NCBI GenBank assembly: GCA_963823555.1
Contig: CAWGMA010000001.1
Location: 2,208,001 to 2,272,000 of the forward strand
Source: Candidatus Eiseniibacteriota bacterium
GTDB taxonomy: Bacteria; Eisenbacteria; RBG-16-71-46; CAVPCR01
Reading direction: 5' to 3'
DNA: 64,000 bases
Positions 1 through 9,864 of the stretch are shown here, in pieces; position 1 is the first letter of the stretch, and the number at the start of each line of letters is the position of its first letter. Under the pieces are notes generated by a model. It did no database searches and had not been told where the DNA came from. It was given only the letters and a program-made list of their open reading frames with translations. A program made the translations under genes and the position numbers.

Positions 1-2631
1 CAGCGTCCGGAGGACGAAACTCGCACTGGCCTGGTGCCCCTCGGCCTGGTTCACGGCCAGCCGGAAGGTAACCTCGCCACCCCGGGTTGTCGCTTGCAGC
101 ACGGCGCGCTTGAGATCGATCGTCCGATCGGGGCGTCCATGGCGCTCCTTGGCCACGGGCATCGTCTCTGCTCCGACGAAGGCCGCGAGCCGCTCGCCCA
201 GGACCACCGGGTCCGCATCCGCCGGCAGAGAGACCCGGTAGTCGGCCGCCACCACCGCTGCCGCCAGCGCCGCCCCGCTCGGGGCCGGCGCCACCTGGAG
301 CACTTCGAGCCCCTCCGGCAGCGCCGCGTTCAGCTGATTCAGCACATGCTCGGCCGCGGGGATCCTCCCGGGCTCGACTTCGACATCGAAGGCCTCGCGC
401 GCCCCGATCACACCGACCGGGAGCGGCGGCCCGAACGCCGCACGCGGCCTCGGGTTGAAACCCTGACTGAAGACCACAGGCAATCCGGCCACGCGGAAGG
501 CCCGATGGAAGACTCGCATCAGATCACCGTGCGGCAGGAACCGAAGCGACTCCCCGGTGGCATACCAGATGCGGAGGCAGACCCGCTCCCCCGCCGATCG
601 TGTTCCCTCGGCCTCATCGCCGGAGGCCGCGCCTCCGTCGACCTGGGCGCCACTCGCTGCCACCTCGCTCCGGCCGCTCCCCACCACGGCCGGCTCGATC
701 TGGATCTTGCGCGCGAATCCGGCCTTGGTGATCGGATTGCCATCGAGCCCGATGCGGCCTTCGACGCCGAGCGCCTCCTCGCGATCCACGGACAGGACGA
801 TGTCCTCGGGCGCGTTCGGGATCCCGCACATATGGCAGTCGCCCCACCGGCAGTCGTTCGTGAGCCGCTCCTCGAGTGCCTTTCTGCGCTCCCGCTCGAG
901 GAACTTCTTGGTCAGATCCGCGTCCAGGAGATCCCACGGCAGCACGTCGGCCACGTCGCGCCCGCGCGTATAGAAGGAGGGGTCGATCCCCGTGTCCGCA
1001 AAGGCGGCATTCCAGGTGTTCCAGGAGAACTGCTCACCCCAGCCATCGAAGCGGGCACCGCGCCGCCAGGCGGCCTCGACGACCGCCGATACGCGGCGAT
1101 CTCCGAGTGAGAAGACGGCCTCGAGGAGGCTCGGCTTCAGATCATGCCACTTGAGCCGGACGAAACGGTGCCTACCGAGCGAGCGCTTCAGGTGGGCGAG
1201 CTTGGCCTCGAGGCTCTCGAGCCCCTCGAACCCTTCCCACTGGAAGGGCGTGAAGGCCTTCGGCACGTGGGTGCCGACCGAGGCGTTCACTCGCTTGCCG
1301 CCGCCGACGCGACGGCCCACCTCGTTCACGCGGTTGACGAGCCGCACGATCGAATCCACGTCCTCCATGGTCTCGGTCGGGAGCCCGATCATGAAGTAGA
1401 GCTTGACCAGATTCCAGCCGCGCCGGTAGGCGGTCTCGACCGCATCGAGCAGATTGGCATCGGTGATGTTCTTGTTGATGACCCGCCTGAGGCGTTCCGA
1501 ACCGGTCTCGGGAGCGAACGTGAAGCCGTTTTTCTTGACCTCCCCCGCCGCCTCGGCGAGCCCGACCGAGAACGAATCGGCGCGCAGCGAGGGCAGGGAG
1601 ATCGAGACCTGCTTCGGCTTCATCGCCGCCGTCACCTTGCGCGCCATCTCGTCCGCTTGACTGTGGTCGGCCGTGGAGAGCGAGACCAGGCTCACGTCGT
1701 CCCAGCCCCCGCTCCGGATACCGGCCTCGGCGATGGCGGTCACCTGGTCGGCCGAACGCTCGCGGACCGGACGGTACCAGTAGCCAGCCTGGCAGAACCG
1801 GCAACCCTGCGTGCATCCGCGGACCACCTCGATCGCGAGCCGGTCCTGGACCACCTCGGCCAGCGGCACCGGGGTATCGACGGGAAAGGGCGCTGTCGCG
1901 AGATCCGCAATCCAGACCCGCTTCACCCGCTCGGGGACACCGGAGGCAAGCGGGCGGAAGCCCGCGATCTTGCCGTCATCACGATAGTCGACCGCGTAGA
2001 GCGATGGCACGTAGACCCCGGCGATGCCCGCGAGCGCCAGGAGCAAGCGCGCCCGGTCGCCGCGGTGCTCCCGCACGACCTCGGTGATCGCGATCACCGC
2101 TTCCTCGCCATCTCCGATCAGGAACGCATCGAAGAAGTCGGCCAGCGGCTCGGGATTGGCCATGCAGGGTCCGCCGCCGATCACGAGCGGATCACCGTCC
2201 CGGCGCTCGACGGCACGGAGCGGCAGGCCGGCCAGGTCGAGCATGGTGAGCACGTTCGTGTAGGTGAGCTCGTACTGGAGCGAGAAGCCGAGGACGTCGA
2301 AGGCCCGGAGCGGCGCCCGCGATTCGTGGCCGAACGCCGGCACGCCGCGCCGGCGCATCTCCGCCTCCATGTCCGGCCACGGGCAATAGGCCCGATCGGC
2401 CATGGCGCTCGGGTGCTCGTTGAGGATCTGATAGAGGATCTTGAGCCCGAGATGGCTCATCCCGATCTCGTACACCTCGGGAAAGCACAGCGCCCACTTG
2501 ACGGCGGCGGCCGCGAGCGGCTTCCGGCGCGCGTTGCGTTCGCCGCCCGTGTAGCGCTGCGGTTTCTCGACGAGCGCGAGGAAGTCCTCGATGGCGACAG
2601 TCAGGGGTGTTTCCGGGACGGATGGTTGCAT
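1..2631 (-). CDS. TIGR03960-family B12-binding radical SAM protein fused to a C-terminal DUF2344 (TIGR03936) domain; 3' end runs off the window
   Basis: Absent from the ORF track because there is no stop in the window. Read by hand: ATG at 2631 after GAGGTG, N-term MQPSV..LVEKPQRYTGGERN, radical SAM motif RGCTQGCRFCQAG (~1790-1820), C-term LRFLPHGDLMRVFHRAFRVAGLPVVFSQGFNPRP. Confidence 0.9.
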   Translation of the reverse strand, partial: MQPSVPETPLTVAIEDFLALVEKPQRYTGGERNARRKPLAAAAVKWALCFPEVYEIGMSHLGLKILYQILNEHPSAMADRAYCPWPDMEAEMRRRGVPAFGHESRAPLRAFDVLGFSLQYELTYTNVLTMLDLAGLPLRAVERRDGDPLVIGGGPCMANPEPLADFFDAFLIGDGEEAVIAITEVVREHRGDRARLLLALAGIAGVYVPSLYAVDYRDDGKIAGFRPLASGVPERVKRVWIADLATAPFPVDTPVPLAEVVQDRLAIEVVRGCTQGCRFCQAGYWYRPVRERSADQVTAIAEAGIRSGGWDDVSLVSLSTADHSQADEMARKVTAAMKPKQVSISLPSLRADSFSVGLAEAAGEVKKNGFTFAPETGSERLRRVINKNITDANLLDAVETAYRRGWNLVKLYFMIGLPTETMEDVDSIVRLVNRVNEVGRRVGGGKRVNASVGTHVPKAFTPFQWEGFEGLESLEAKLAHLKRSLGRHRFVRLKWHDLKPSLLEAVFSLGDRRVSAVVEAAWRRGARFDGWGEQFSWNTWNAAFADTGIDPSFYTRGRDVADVLPWDLLDADLTKKFLERERRKALEERLTNDCRWGDCHMCGIPNAPEDIVLSVDREEALGVEGRIGLDGNPITKAGFARKIQIEPAVVGSGRSEVAASGAQVDGGAASGDEAEGTRSAGERVCLRIWYATGESLRFLPHGDLMRVFHRAFRVAGLPVVFSQGFNPRPRAAFGPPLPVGVIGAREAFDVEVEPGRIPAAEHVLNQLNAALPEGLEVLQVAPAPSGAALAAAVVAADYRVSLPADADPVVLGERLAAFVGAETMPVAKERHGRPDRTIDLKRAVLQATTRGGEVTFRLAVNQAEGHQASASFVLRTL

Positions 2632-2704
2632 GATCACCTCGGAGGGGGGGCCGGCCAGTATAGGGGATCTGCTCGGCCGAAGGAAAGCACCTACGCGGAG
2701 CGGA

Positions 2705-3799
2705 TCACACCCCGGGGGGCAATGGCTCCGGGGACCGGATCACACCTCGTACCGTATCCGCCCCGGCGGCCGTGAGGCGGGCCGAGTGCACGGCCAGAAG
2801 CTCACGAGCCGTCGCATGGATGGTCGGCACCGGAAACGCGCGGAGATCGCAGTCCTCGGCCGCATCCTCGGTGCACAAGGAGCGCGACAGGTCACGGACC
2901 ACAGCATGGCTGGCGTAGGCGTGCGGGGCATCCGGGTTCGGATCCCCACTACCCTTGAAGTGCCGCAGTATGTCGAACAGGGAATCCTCGGCATAGGCCA
3001 GCTCGGTGAGCTTGGCGCGATACTCGAGATCGATCTGCTCGAGCGCCGGGAACCGCCCGTAGTCCGCATAGTGCCGGCATTCATGCTTGAGATAGCTGAC
3101 GAGGAACTTCTCCGAATCGAGATCGTAGTCTTCGCGCAGGCAGTACAGAGCATCGCTCGTGGCCCAGCCACCCGTATAGGCGCGTCCGAACGTGGCGAAG
3201 TGGGACCAGCCCTTGATCAGGAAATCGCTCAAGAAGATCACGGTCACCTGCTGCACGGTGTCGGTGATCTCGACCTCGTAGCGGACGGTGTCCGCTCGAG
3301 CCCAGATCATGAGATCGAAGTAGGGCAGCGTCACGCCGTCAAGAGCATGGAGTCCGCCCTGTTCGATCTCGGCAATCGCTCTTGCGATGACCTCTTCGTC
3401 CCCTCCCTCCTCCGCGATCCCGTGGGTGGCCAGCACCGTTCTGAGCTCGGCGGCCAGAAACGCCTCCCCCTCCGCTCGGTCCACCTCCCCCATCAGCGCC
3501 CGGGTCCAGTACGAGCGATAGGCGCGCATCACATCCCGCGCCAAGGGCGAGGCCAGGGGATCCTCCCAGGTCTCATTCCGCGCGATGAAGCGCCGGTGGA
3601 AACGGGCCGCGAGCTCGGTCTCCTTCGTGAAGAGGGAATCGGCCCCGCGCAGGTCGCCCTGGAGCGCGCGCGAGTCGTATTCGCGGCTGCGGTCCGGCTC
3701 TGCGGGTTCAAGCACGGGTCCGCGAATCGTGAGGGCCAGCGCCGCGGCGATGGCGGTGACGGCGATCAGGAGCAGCATCCGCAGTGGGACCATCCTCAC
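2705..3799 (-). CDS. Exported hypothetical protein with an HExxH motif (possible zincin)
   Basis: N-terminal hydrophobic signal/anchor; YLKHECRHYAD followed by LEYRA; overlaps the stop of the upstream gene. Confidence 0.6.
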   Translation of the reverse strand: MRMVPLRMLLLIAVTAIAAALALTIRGPVLEPAEPDRSREYDSRALQGDLRGADSLFTKETELAARFHRRFIARNETWEDPLASPLARDVMRAYRSYWTRALMGEVDRAEGEAFLAAELRTVLATHGIAEEGGDEEVIARAIAEIEQGGLHALDGVTLPYFDLMIWARADTVRYEVEITDTVQQVTVIFLSDFLIKGWSHFATFGRAYTGGWATSDALYCLREDYDLDSEKFLVSYLKHECRHYADYGRFPALEQIDLEYRAKLTELAYAEDSLFDILRHFKGSGDPNPDAPHAYASHAVVRDLSRSLCTEDAAEDCDLRAFPVPTIHATARELLAVHSARLTAAGADTVRGVIRSPEPLPPGV

Positions 3800-5568
3800 C
3801 TCTCCTGGCGATACAGCGCGAGCAGATTCTCGAGCCGGCCTGCCGAGTCATCCAGACCACCGGGACGGCTCCGGGCGAGCCACAGTCCTCGGTATTCGGC
3901 GACGAGGGCCCGGAGTTCATCGGCCAGCGCGCGCCGCACGGCCGGCGCGATCGCTGCGATCGCCCCGCCGGAGCCGCCGCCCGCAGACGCCTCCAGGCGT
4001 GCGATGCCGAGCCGCGCCGCATGGCGGGACAGACCCGCAGCCAGCCGGAACTCCGCTCTGACGAGTTCCGCATCCCCGCGCGTCATGCGCCCGGAGGGAA
4101 GCCGCGCCATGACGTCATCGATGGCGCTTTGGGCCCGCTCGAGGCCGTCCACGTCGAGACCCGCGAATCGTCCCTCGCCGATCGGCCGCCGGGGATGGAT
4201 GAGCAGCTCCGCGAGCACCGACCCATTGCGCACGAGCGGCAGCCCTTCGACCCGATAGACGTTGCCGAGATCGTGGGCCAGCCGTCCCATGACCGCGGCA
4301 CGGTCGTGGAACACATGGCGATCGAGCGCGGTCGCGAGGTCGAGGTCGCGGTTGGCCTTTCCGGCCCAGGCCATGGCCGCACCCTCGGCGATGCCCAACC
4401 AGGCGATCGGCGGCGGCTGCCAGTGTCCGTTGTCGCCCCAGTCGGTGATGAGATACCCCGTCGCGCCGTGCTCGCATCCGGCGACGGCGGCCCGCTCGAG
4501 GTTCGCCACGGCATTGGCCGTGCGCCCGGCGATCGAGTTCCAGCTCGAGGTTCCAGGGCAGACAAAGAACGGCACGCCGGCGCGCGCGAAACGCTCGCAC
4601 TCGGCGGCGAACGGATGATCCGCCTCGTATCCCCAGTCGAGGGCCACCACTCCCGGCGGCAGCTCGGGGATCAGCTCCGGGTGATTGAGGATCACGTCGC
4701 CCCAGAACATCATCGTGCGCCCGTGTCTTGCCACCTCGCGCGAGATCGCGATCAGGAAGTCGAGATAGACGCGCCCCTTGCCACGCGCCGCACACGCCGC
4801 GGCGCTCCGGCCCTGACCGAGGTCGAAGGTCTCATCGCAGCCGACATTGAAGCGCCGGCTCGAGAACTGAGGCAAGAGCTCGGCGTAGAGCCCGCGCAGG
4901 AAGGCGATCGCCGCGGGATCGGTCGGACACAGGCTGAACGGCTCGGGGCGGAACTCTCCCCAGGGATCGACGAAGCCCTCCGGAGCTTCGGCCAGAGGAC
5001 GGTAACGCGGCAGGCGGAGCCAGCGGGTGAGGTGGCCACAGGAGTTCTGGTTGGGCACGAGCTCGATCATCCGCTCGCGGCAGTAGCGATCGAGCTCGCG
5101 TACGTCATCGGCCGTGAGCGGCGAAGCGTGCCGCCACACCTCCGTATGATCGGCGTAGGCGAACGTGTGCTCGGTGTAGAGCTGGAGCTCGTTGAGCTTC
5201 CATTCGGCGATCAGGTCGACGAGCTCGCAGAGCGCCGTCATCGTCGGCACCCGATCGCGGCTGACATCGATCATCAGGCCCCGATGCGGGAAATCCGGCC
5301 AGTCCTCGATGGCCAGGCAGGAGAGCTCGCCGCCGGGGAGCGCCTGCCGGCGGATCTGCCGCAAGGTCTGCTCGGCATGGAAGGCCCCGGCGCCATCCCG
5401 CGCCGTGATCGTGGTGCGATCGGCCTGGATCAGAAGCCGGTAGCCCTGGGGCGCGAGCGACACCGCCGGATCGACGATGACCTCCGGGGGCCGGGCAGCG
5501 GTGGCCGCCGGCTGCCTGCCACCCTGGAACTCGAGCCGCTGTGGGCGCGGGAGGAGAGAGAGATCCAC
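3796..5568 (-). CDS. Glycoside hydrolase family 20 (beta-N-acetylhexosaminidase-like)
   Basis: LLPRPQ N-term, IEDWPDFPHRGLMIDVSR, catalytic FNVGCDET. Start trimmed to GTG 5568 after GAGGGA. Confidence 0.85.
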   Translation of the reverse strand: MDLSLLPRPQRLEFQGGRQPAATAARPPEVIVDPAVSLAPQGYRLLIQADRTTITARDGAGAFHAEQTLRQIRRQALPGGELSCLAIEDWPDFPHRGLMIDVSRDRVPTMTALCELVDLIAEWKLNELQLYTEHTFAYADHTEVWRHASPLTADDVRELDRYCRERMIELVPNQNSCGHLTRWLRLPRYRPLAEAPEGFVDPWGEFRPEPFSLCPTDPAAIAFLRGLYAELLPQFSSRRFNVGCDETFDLGQGRSAAACAARGKGRVYLDFLIAISREVARHGRTMMFWGDVILNHPELIPELPPGVVALDWGYEADHPFAAECERFARAGVPFFVCPGTSSWNSIAGRTANAVANLERAAVAGCEHGATGYLITDWGDNGHWQPPPIAWLGIAEGAAMAWAGKANRDLDLATALDRHVFHDRAAVMGRLAHDLGNVYRVEGLPLVRNGSVLAELLIHPRRPIGEGRFAGLDVDGLERAQSAIDDVMARLPSGRMTRGDAELVRAEFRLAAGLSRHAARLGIARLEASAGGGSGGAIAAIAPAVRRALADELRALVAEYRGLWLARSRPGGLDDSAGRLENLLALYRQER

Positions 5569-5585
5569 GATGCGTTCCCTCTCGC

Positions 5586-6218
5586 TCAAGCCTCGGACAG
5601 GCTCCAGAACCGGTGCTCGTAGTCGACGACTCGGCGCAGCGTCCGTTCCACGTGGGCGCGCTGGGTCGTGGCGATGCCCTGCGCCAGCCGGTCCAGTGCG
5701 GCGGCGAGTGCCGCCACGTATCCAGCGAACCCGTCGCTCGTCCAGTTGTCGATGAACGACTGGTAGGGACTCGCCCCCTTCTGATCCGACTTCACCCGCC
5801 GCCAGCAATCGAGGTAGGCCTGTTCCTGAGCGTAGAAGGCGGCCCATGCCTCGACCAGATCGGCCCGCGCCGTGGTGGCCTGGAGGAACGAGATGTAATC
5901 GAGACAGGTCGGAGCCATGTCGACCTTGAGATCCACGCCGCGCGCTCGGGCCTCACGCTCGAACAGCCCCAGCTCGCTCTTCATCGCGGTGAACCCATCG
6001 ACCAGCAACCACACCATCTCATGGGGGACCCGCGCCAGGAGGATCCCCATCACTCGCAATAATTCACGTGCATAGTGGAAATCCTGCACCAACCAGCGAT
6101 GGAAGGCTTGCTGCTCGATCGTTCCGTTTGCCGTCTTCTCGAGGAAGGGATGGGCGAGCATGCGGGTCCATTCCGGCTCGACCGCGCGCAGTAGCTCTTC
6201 ATGAAATGTCGAGGCCAT
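5586..6218 (-). CDS. tenA: TenA family thiamine-salvage protein (TenA_E-like)
   Basis: HPFL..GT, WLVQDFHY, YQSFIDNW, YEHRFW motifs. Start ATG 6218 after GGAGAG. Confidence 0.85.
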   Translation of the reverse strand: MASTFHEELLRAVEPEWTRMLAHPFLEKTANGTIEQQAFHRWLVQDFHYARELLRVMGILLARVPHEMVWLLVDGFTAMKSELGLFEREARARGVDLKVDMAPTCLDYISFLQATTARADLVEAWAAFYAQEQAYLDCWRRVKSDQKGASPYQSFIDNWTSDGFAGYVAALAAALDRLAQGIATTQRAHVERTLRRVVDYEHRFWSLSEA

Positions 6219-6264
6219 GTCATCTCTCCCCCGGCTCCTCTCCCGGGCCGGGACGGGGGCCACC

Positions 6265-7551
6265 TTACCCCATCTTCTCGCTGGCCGCCGGCTGCGGGTG
6301 ACGCGGTCCCACTTCCCGCATCTCGCGCGCTGCCAGCGCTCGGAGCCGGAGGAAGACCCAGCCGGCGCCCCCGAGCAGCACCGCCGCGGACAGGGTCGTC
6401 GCCGCGGGGGCGCCCGCCATCTGGGCGATCCACCCGGATACTAGCGCGCCGAGCGGTGCCGTGCCGATGAATACGAACGTATAGAAGCTCATCACCCGGC
6501 CGCGGAAGCGATCCTCGGTGGTGAGCTGGATCAAGGTATTGGTGCTGATGACGTACAGGATGAGGCCGAACCCGGCAGCAAACCCCATGGCCAGGGTCAG
6601 CGGCAGGAGTCGCGACCAGGCGAATCCGAGCATGCCGGCACCCGCGGTGATGAGCCCGAAGAGGAGATTCCGCCGCAGTTGCCAGCGGTCGTGCTTGCGG
6701 GTCATGCGCACGGCAGCCAGGAGCGAACCGAGGCCGAATGCCGACACCATGAGCCCATAGCCTCCGGCGTCCGTGCGCAGGATCTCGCGCGCATAGACCG
6801 GCAGGAGAACCATGTACTGAAAACCGAGCCCGGCCGTCAGCCCCAGCAACAGGAGCAGATTGCGAATCTGGCGCACGCCTCGCGCGTATTCCACTCCCTC
6901 CCGAAATGTGGAGAGGCTGAAGCTGGCCTTCGTTGAAGCCGCTCTTGGCATCTGCATCCGCCAGAGGGCGGCGATCACGGCCAGGTAGGACACGGCGTTG
7001 AGCCAGAAGCAGGTCGCCTCGCCGTAAACGGCGAGGAGCAGCCCCGCCACCATCGGTCCCACGATCCGCGCCGAGTTGAAGGAAGCCGAGTTGAGGGCGA
7101 TGGCGTTGGGCAGGTCGTCCTTGCCCACCATCTCGACGATGAAGGACTGGCGCGCCGGCAGGTCGAAGGCGTTGATCAGGCCGAAGAAGAGCGCGAGCGC
7201 GATCACCATCCATGGCTCGACCACATCCATCGAGACAATGATGGCGAGGAGCACTGCCTGGACGAGGGCCAGAGACTGGGTGGCGATGATGAGTCGCCGC
7301 TTGTCGGCGCGGTCGACGAGGACACCCGCCCACAATGAGAAGAGCATGACGGGCAGGAACTGGGCGAACCCGAGGAGGCCCAGCATGAAGGCGGACGCCG
7401 TGAGCCGGTGCATGAGCCAGCCCTGGGCGACGCTCTGCATCCAGGTGCCGGTGACCGATATGATCTGCCCCGAGAAGAACAGCCGGTAGTTGGGATAGCG
7501 GAGCGCCCGGAAGCTCTGGCGGAAGGCGGTGATGGCCGGCACGGTCGTCAT
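6265..7551 (-). CDS. MFS transporter (DUF894/MFS_3-like)
   Basis: FRALRYPNYRLFFSGQIISVTGTWMQ, GVLVDRADKRR, FRGRVMS; many hydrophobic helices. Start trimmed to ATG 7551. Confidence 0.9.
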   Translation of the reverse strand: MTTVPAITAFRQSFRALRYPNYRLFFSGQIISVTGTWMQSVAQGWLMHRLTASAFMLGLLGFAQFLPVMLFSLWAGVLVDRADKRRLIIATQSLALVQAVLLAIIVSMDVVEPWMVIALALFFGLINAFDLPARQSFIVEMVGKDDLPNAIALNSASFNSARIVGPMVAGLLLAVYGEATCFWLNAVSYLAVIAALWRMQMPRAASTKASFSLSTFREGVEYARGVRQIRNLLLLLGLTAGLGFQYMVLLPVYAREILRTDAGGYGLMVSAFGLGSLLAAVRMTRKHDRWQLRRNLLFGLITAGAGMLGFAWSRLLPLTLAMGFAAGFGLILYVISTNTLIQLTTEDRFRGRVMSFYTFVFIGTAPLGALVSGWIAQMAGAPAATTLSAAVLLGGAGWVFLRLRALAAREMREVGPRHPQPAASEKMG

Positions 7552-7601
7552 CGGAAAAGAGACGCTAGCACGGCGCGTCGCCGGCGCCAATCGGGAGCTA
7601 C

Positions 7602-8096
7602 TCAGCCCATGGTCTCGGCGATCAGAAGCTCCTGCAGCCAGCCGAGGATCGCGATCCGGGCCAGGGCCGACTGCTTGTGCGGGTCGGTGACGGACACCAC
7701 ATCCTCCTCGATCTCGTCGGGATCGATGGCGTGCATGATGAACAGCGCGTGCCGCGCCCCGTTGAGCGCCGAGAGCCAGGCGCTCTCGTGGCCGTGCGCG
7801 ATGCGAAAGCGGAGTCCTCCGCCGAGCCGCTTGCGGGCGAGGGTCGCCAGATCCTGGCGCAGGATCTGCTCCCGGGAGAGGAACAGCCGCTCGAGTTCCG
7901 GTGCTCCGTAACGCCGCCACTCCGCCTCGACCTCGGGATCCGAGGCCGCCGGCGGCCGGAGCCGGCTCCGCACACCGGGGTCTTCGCTTGCCAGCCACTC
8001 CGGGATGCGCGTGAATGTATCGGCGCAGAAGAGCGGAAGATCTTCGAGCCAGATGTCACCCTGGCGGTCCCGGCGCAGCTTCATCTCACTCATCAA
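7602..8096 (-). CDS. DUF2017 family protein
   Basis: RLRPPA..D, AWLSALNGAR, LGWLQELL; directly downstream of clpS. Confidence 0.7.
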   Translation of the reverse strand: MMSEMKLRRDRQGDIWLEDLPLFCADTFTRIPEWLASEDPGVRSRLRPPAASDPEVEAEWRRYGAPELERLFLSREQILRQDLATLARKRLGGGLRFRIAHGHESAWLSALNGARHALFIMHAIDPDEIEEDVVSVTDPHKQSALARIAILGWLQELLIAETMG

Positions 8097-8409
8097 CCTG
8101 CTCGATGGTGGACAGCAGGTGGTAGCCGTGAAGCGTGACGAGATAGGTCTCCGCTCGTTCGCGATCTCCCGTCCACACGATGGAGCTGCCCCGCGTATGC
8201 ACCTCCATCATGAGCCGATGAGCCTTGGGCCGCGGGTAACCGAAGACCTTCATGAACACGGCGGTGACATAGGACATGAGCGTCACCGGATCGTTGTGCA
8301 CGATCACCTTCCATGGCCGGGCGAGTTGCGTCTCGCTCGCGGTGAGATCCTGCGGCCGGGGCAGCGTATGGGCTCCCGCTCCGGCGTTCGCTCCGAACTT
8401 GCCGTCCAT
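8086..8409 (-). CDS. clpS: ATP-dependent Clp protease adapter ClpS
   Basis: WKVIVHNDPVTLMSYV..VF, AHRLMMEVHTRG. Confidence 0.92.
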   Translation of the reverse strand: MDGKFGANAGAGAHTLPRPQDLTASETQLARPWKVIVHNDPVTLMSYVTAVFMKVFGYPRPKAHRLMMEVHTRGSSIVWTGDRERAETYLVTLHGYHLLSTIEQVDE

Positions 8410-8437
8410 GACCTTATGATGGCACAAATCCGCGGCG

Positions 8438-9295
8438 CTAGACAGCAGGCGGGAGATGGCGCCGGAGGAAGTCGAGCGTGGCACCGAGGCCCAGAGCCAA
8501 CTGCTCGCTGCGGCCGCGGAACGGGTGCCCGGCCCCGAACGTGTGGCCCGCGGCCGGGATCTCGAGCAACTCTCCGCGCCCCCAGGCCGCCATTTGCCGG
8601 CCCTCGGTCACCGGCACGGATTCATCAGCGGCTCCGTGCACGATCAGATGCGGAGCGGATAGCTCGCGAGCGGCCCGCTCGAGGCTGAGCCGCCCATCCT
8701 GATGGGCCTCGATGTCATCGAGGATGGCCGTCGACAGCTTGAAGACCTGACCCGTGCGGGCATTCACCACATCGAGGACCCCCTGCTCGCGCCAAGCGCG
8801 TCGTGTCTCCTCATCCCAGCGATCGAAGTGGGAAACCGCCGCCCAGGTCACCAGGCAGGCAACGCGCGGATCGCCGGCTGCCACCAGCAAGGACACTGCC
8901 CCGCCGCGCGAGTGGCCAAGGAGACCGAGGCGGCGGGGGCGCGGCCCCGGGAGCGCGCCGCGTGCCGCCGTGTCCAGGACGCACTTCAAGTCATCGACAT
9001 CGCCGCTCAGCGTCGCCTGCTCGAATCGCTCGGGGTCCGTGAACTCGAAGAGGCCTGGCCCGATGCCGCTCCCGGAGAAGTTGAAGCTGATGGCGATGTA
9101 TCCGGATCCGGCCAGCTCGGTGGCGACCTCGGGGAAGAAGCCCCAGTCCTTGAAGCCCTTGAACCCGTGACAGATCACGACGGCCGGCGCCCCGTCTCCG
9201 AGCCCATCGCGGTGCCTGACGTCGCCGCGCAGGGGATAGCCGTCACGGCTGGCGATGGCGAAGCGGTGATGCAGGATGTCCGAACCCGGGATCAT
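8438..9295 (-). CDS. Alpha/beta fold hydrolase
   Basis: HGFKGFKDWG, nucleophile GHSRGG, HGAADESV, AGHTF (Ser-Asp-His triad). Confidence 0.88.
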   Translation of the reverse strand: MIPGSDILHHRFAIASRDGYPLRGDVRHRDGLGDGAPAVVICHGFKGFKDWGFFPEVATELAGSGYIAISFNFSGSGIGPGLFEFTDPERFEQATLSGDVDDLKCVLDTAARGALPGPRPRRLGLLGHSRGGAVSLLVAAGDPRVACLVTWAAVSHFDRWDEETRRAWREQGVLDVVNARTGQVFKLSTAILDDIEAHQDGRLSLERAARELSAPHLIVHGAADESVPVTEGRQMAAWGRGELLEIPAAGHTFGAGHPFRGRSEQLALGLGATLDFLRRHLPPAV

Positions 9296-9696
9296 CAGAG
9301 GGGCGCCACGCTGAGGCCGAGCGATGCGACTAGACCCGGAAGGTTCCCCGAGACCTGGCCGTTGGTGACCACCAGATCGGCGCCGGCTCGAGCCGCGGCA
9401 CCGAGCCGCTCGACTTCGAGATGACCCGCGAAGGCGATGAGCGGGATGCTGCGCGTCGCGGCGGCGGCGGCCTTGAGCCGGCCGACGAGTTCGCCCGCGT
9501 CCAGGCTCTTGATCGTGAGGTCGACGATGATGAGGCTCGGCATGCCGGCATCCAGGGCCGCTTCGATCTCCGCATCCACGCGCGCGGTCGTGGCGCTATA
9601 GCCGAGGTGCTTGAGAATGTCTCGCAGGCGGGAGCTGAAGAAAACATCACCCACCACGAGCAGCGCCTGCTTGGGCGAGGGTAAGGCTGCATTCAT
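9295..9696 (-). CDS. Single-domain, atypical response-regulator receiver protein
   Basis: LLVVGD..., LIIVDL, IPLIAFAGH, AARAGADLVV; TGATG coupling to the hydrolase. Confidence 0.7.
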   Translation of the reverse strand: MNAALPSPKQALLVVGDVFFSSRLRDILKHLGYSATTARVDAEIEAALDAGMPSLIIVDLTIKSLDAGELVGRLKAAAAATRSIPLIAFAGHLEVERLGAAARAGADLVVTNGQVSGNLPGLVASLGLSVAPL

Positions 9697-9864
9697 GGCC
9701 TTCTCCGGTGGTCCTACCACCTTGGGATCCCAGGGGCGAGGCCCCCACCTCGCGCCGGACAGGGTAGCATACACGGCCGCCGCGAGAATGCTCCGCTGCT
9801 ATACTGGCGCCCGCCTCGCCCCCCCCGGGGTCACGATCGAGTCCAGCGGAAGAGAGATGATGCA

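Noticed and set aside
34..2775. Long plus-strand ORFs 34..1110 and 1144..2775, and similar ones such as 12492..15218, 21749..23644 and 52325..54799 (-)
   Set aside because: Antisense shadows of real genes in high-GC DNA; they have no motifs and sit in register with recognisable genes on the other strand.
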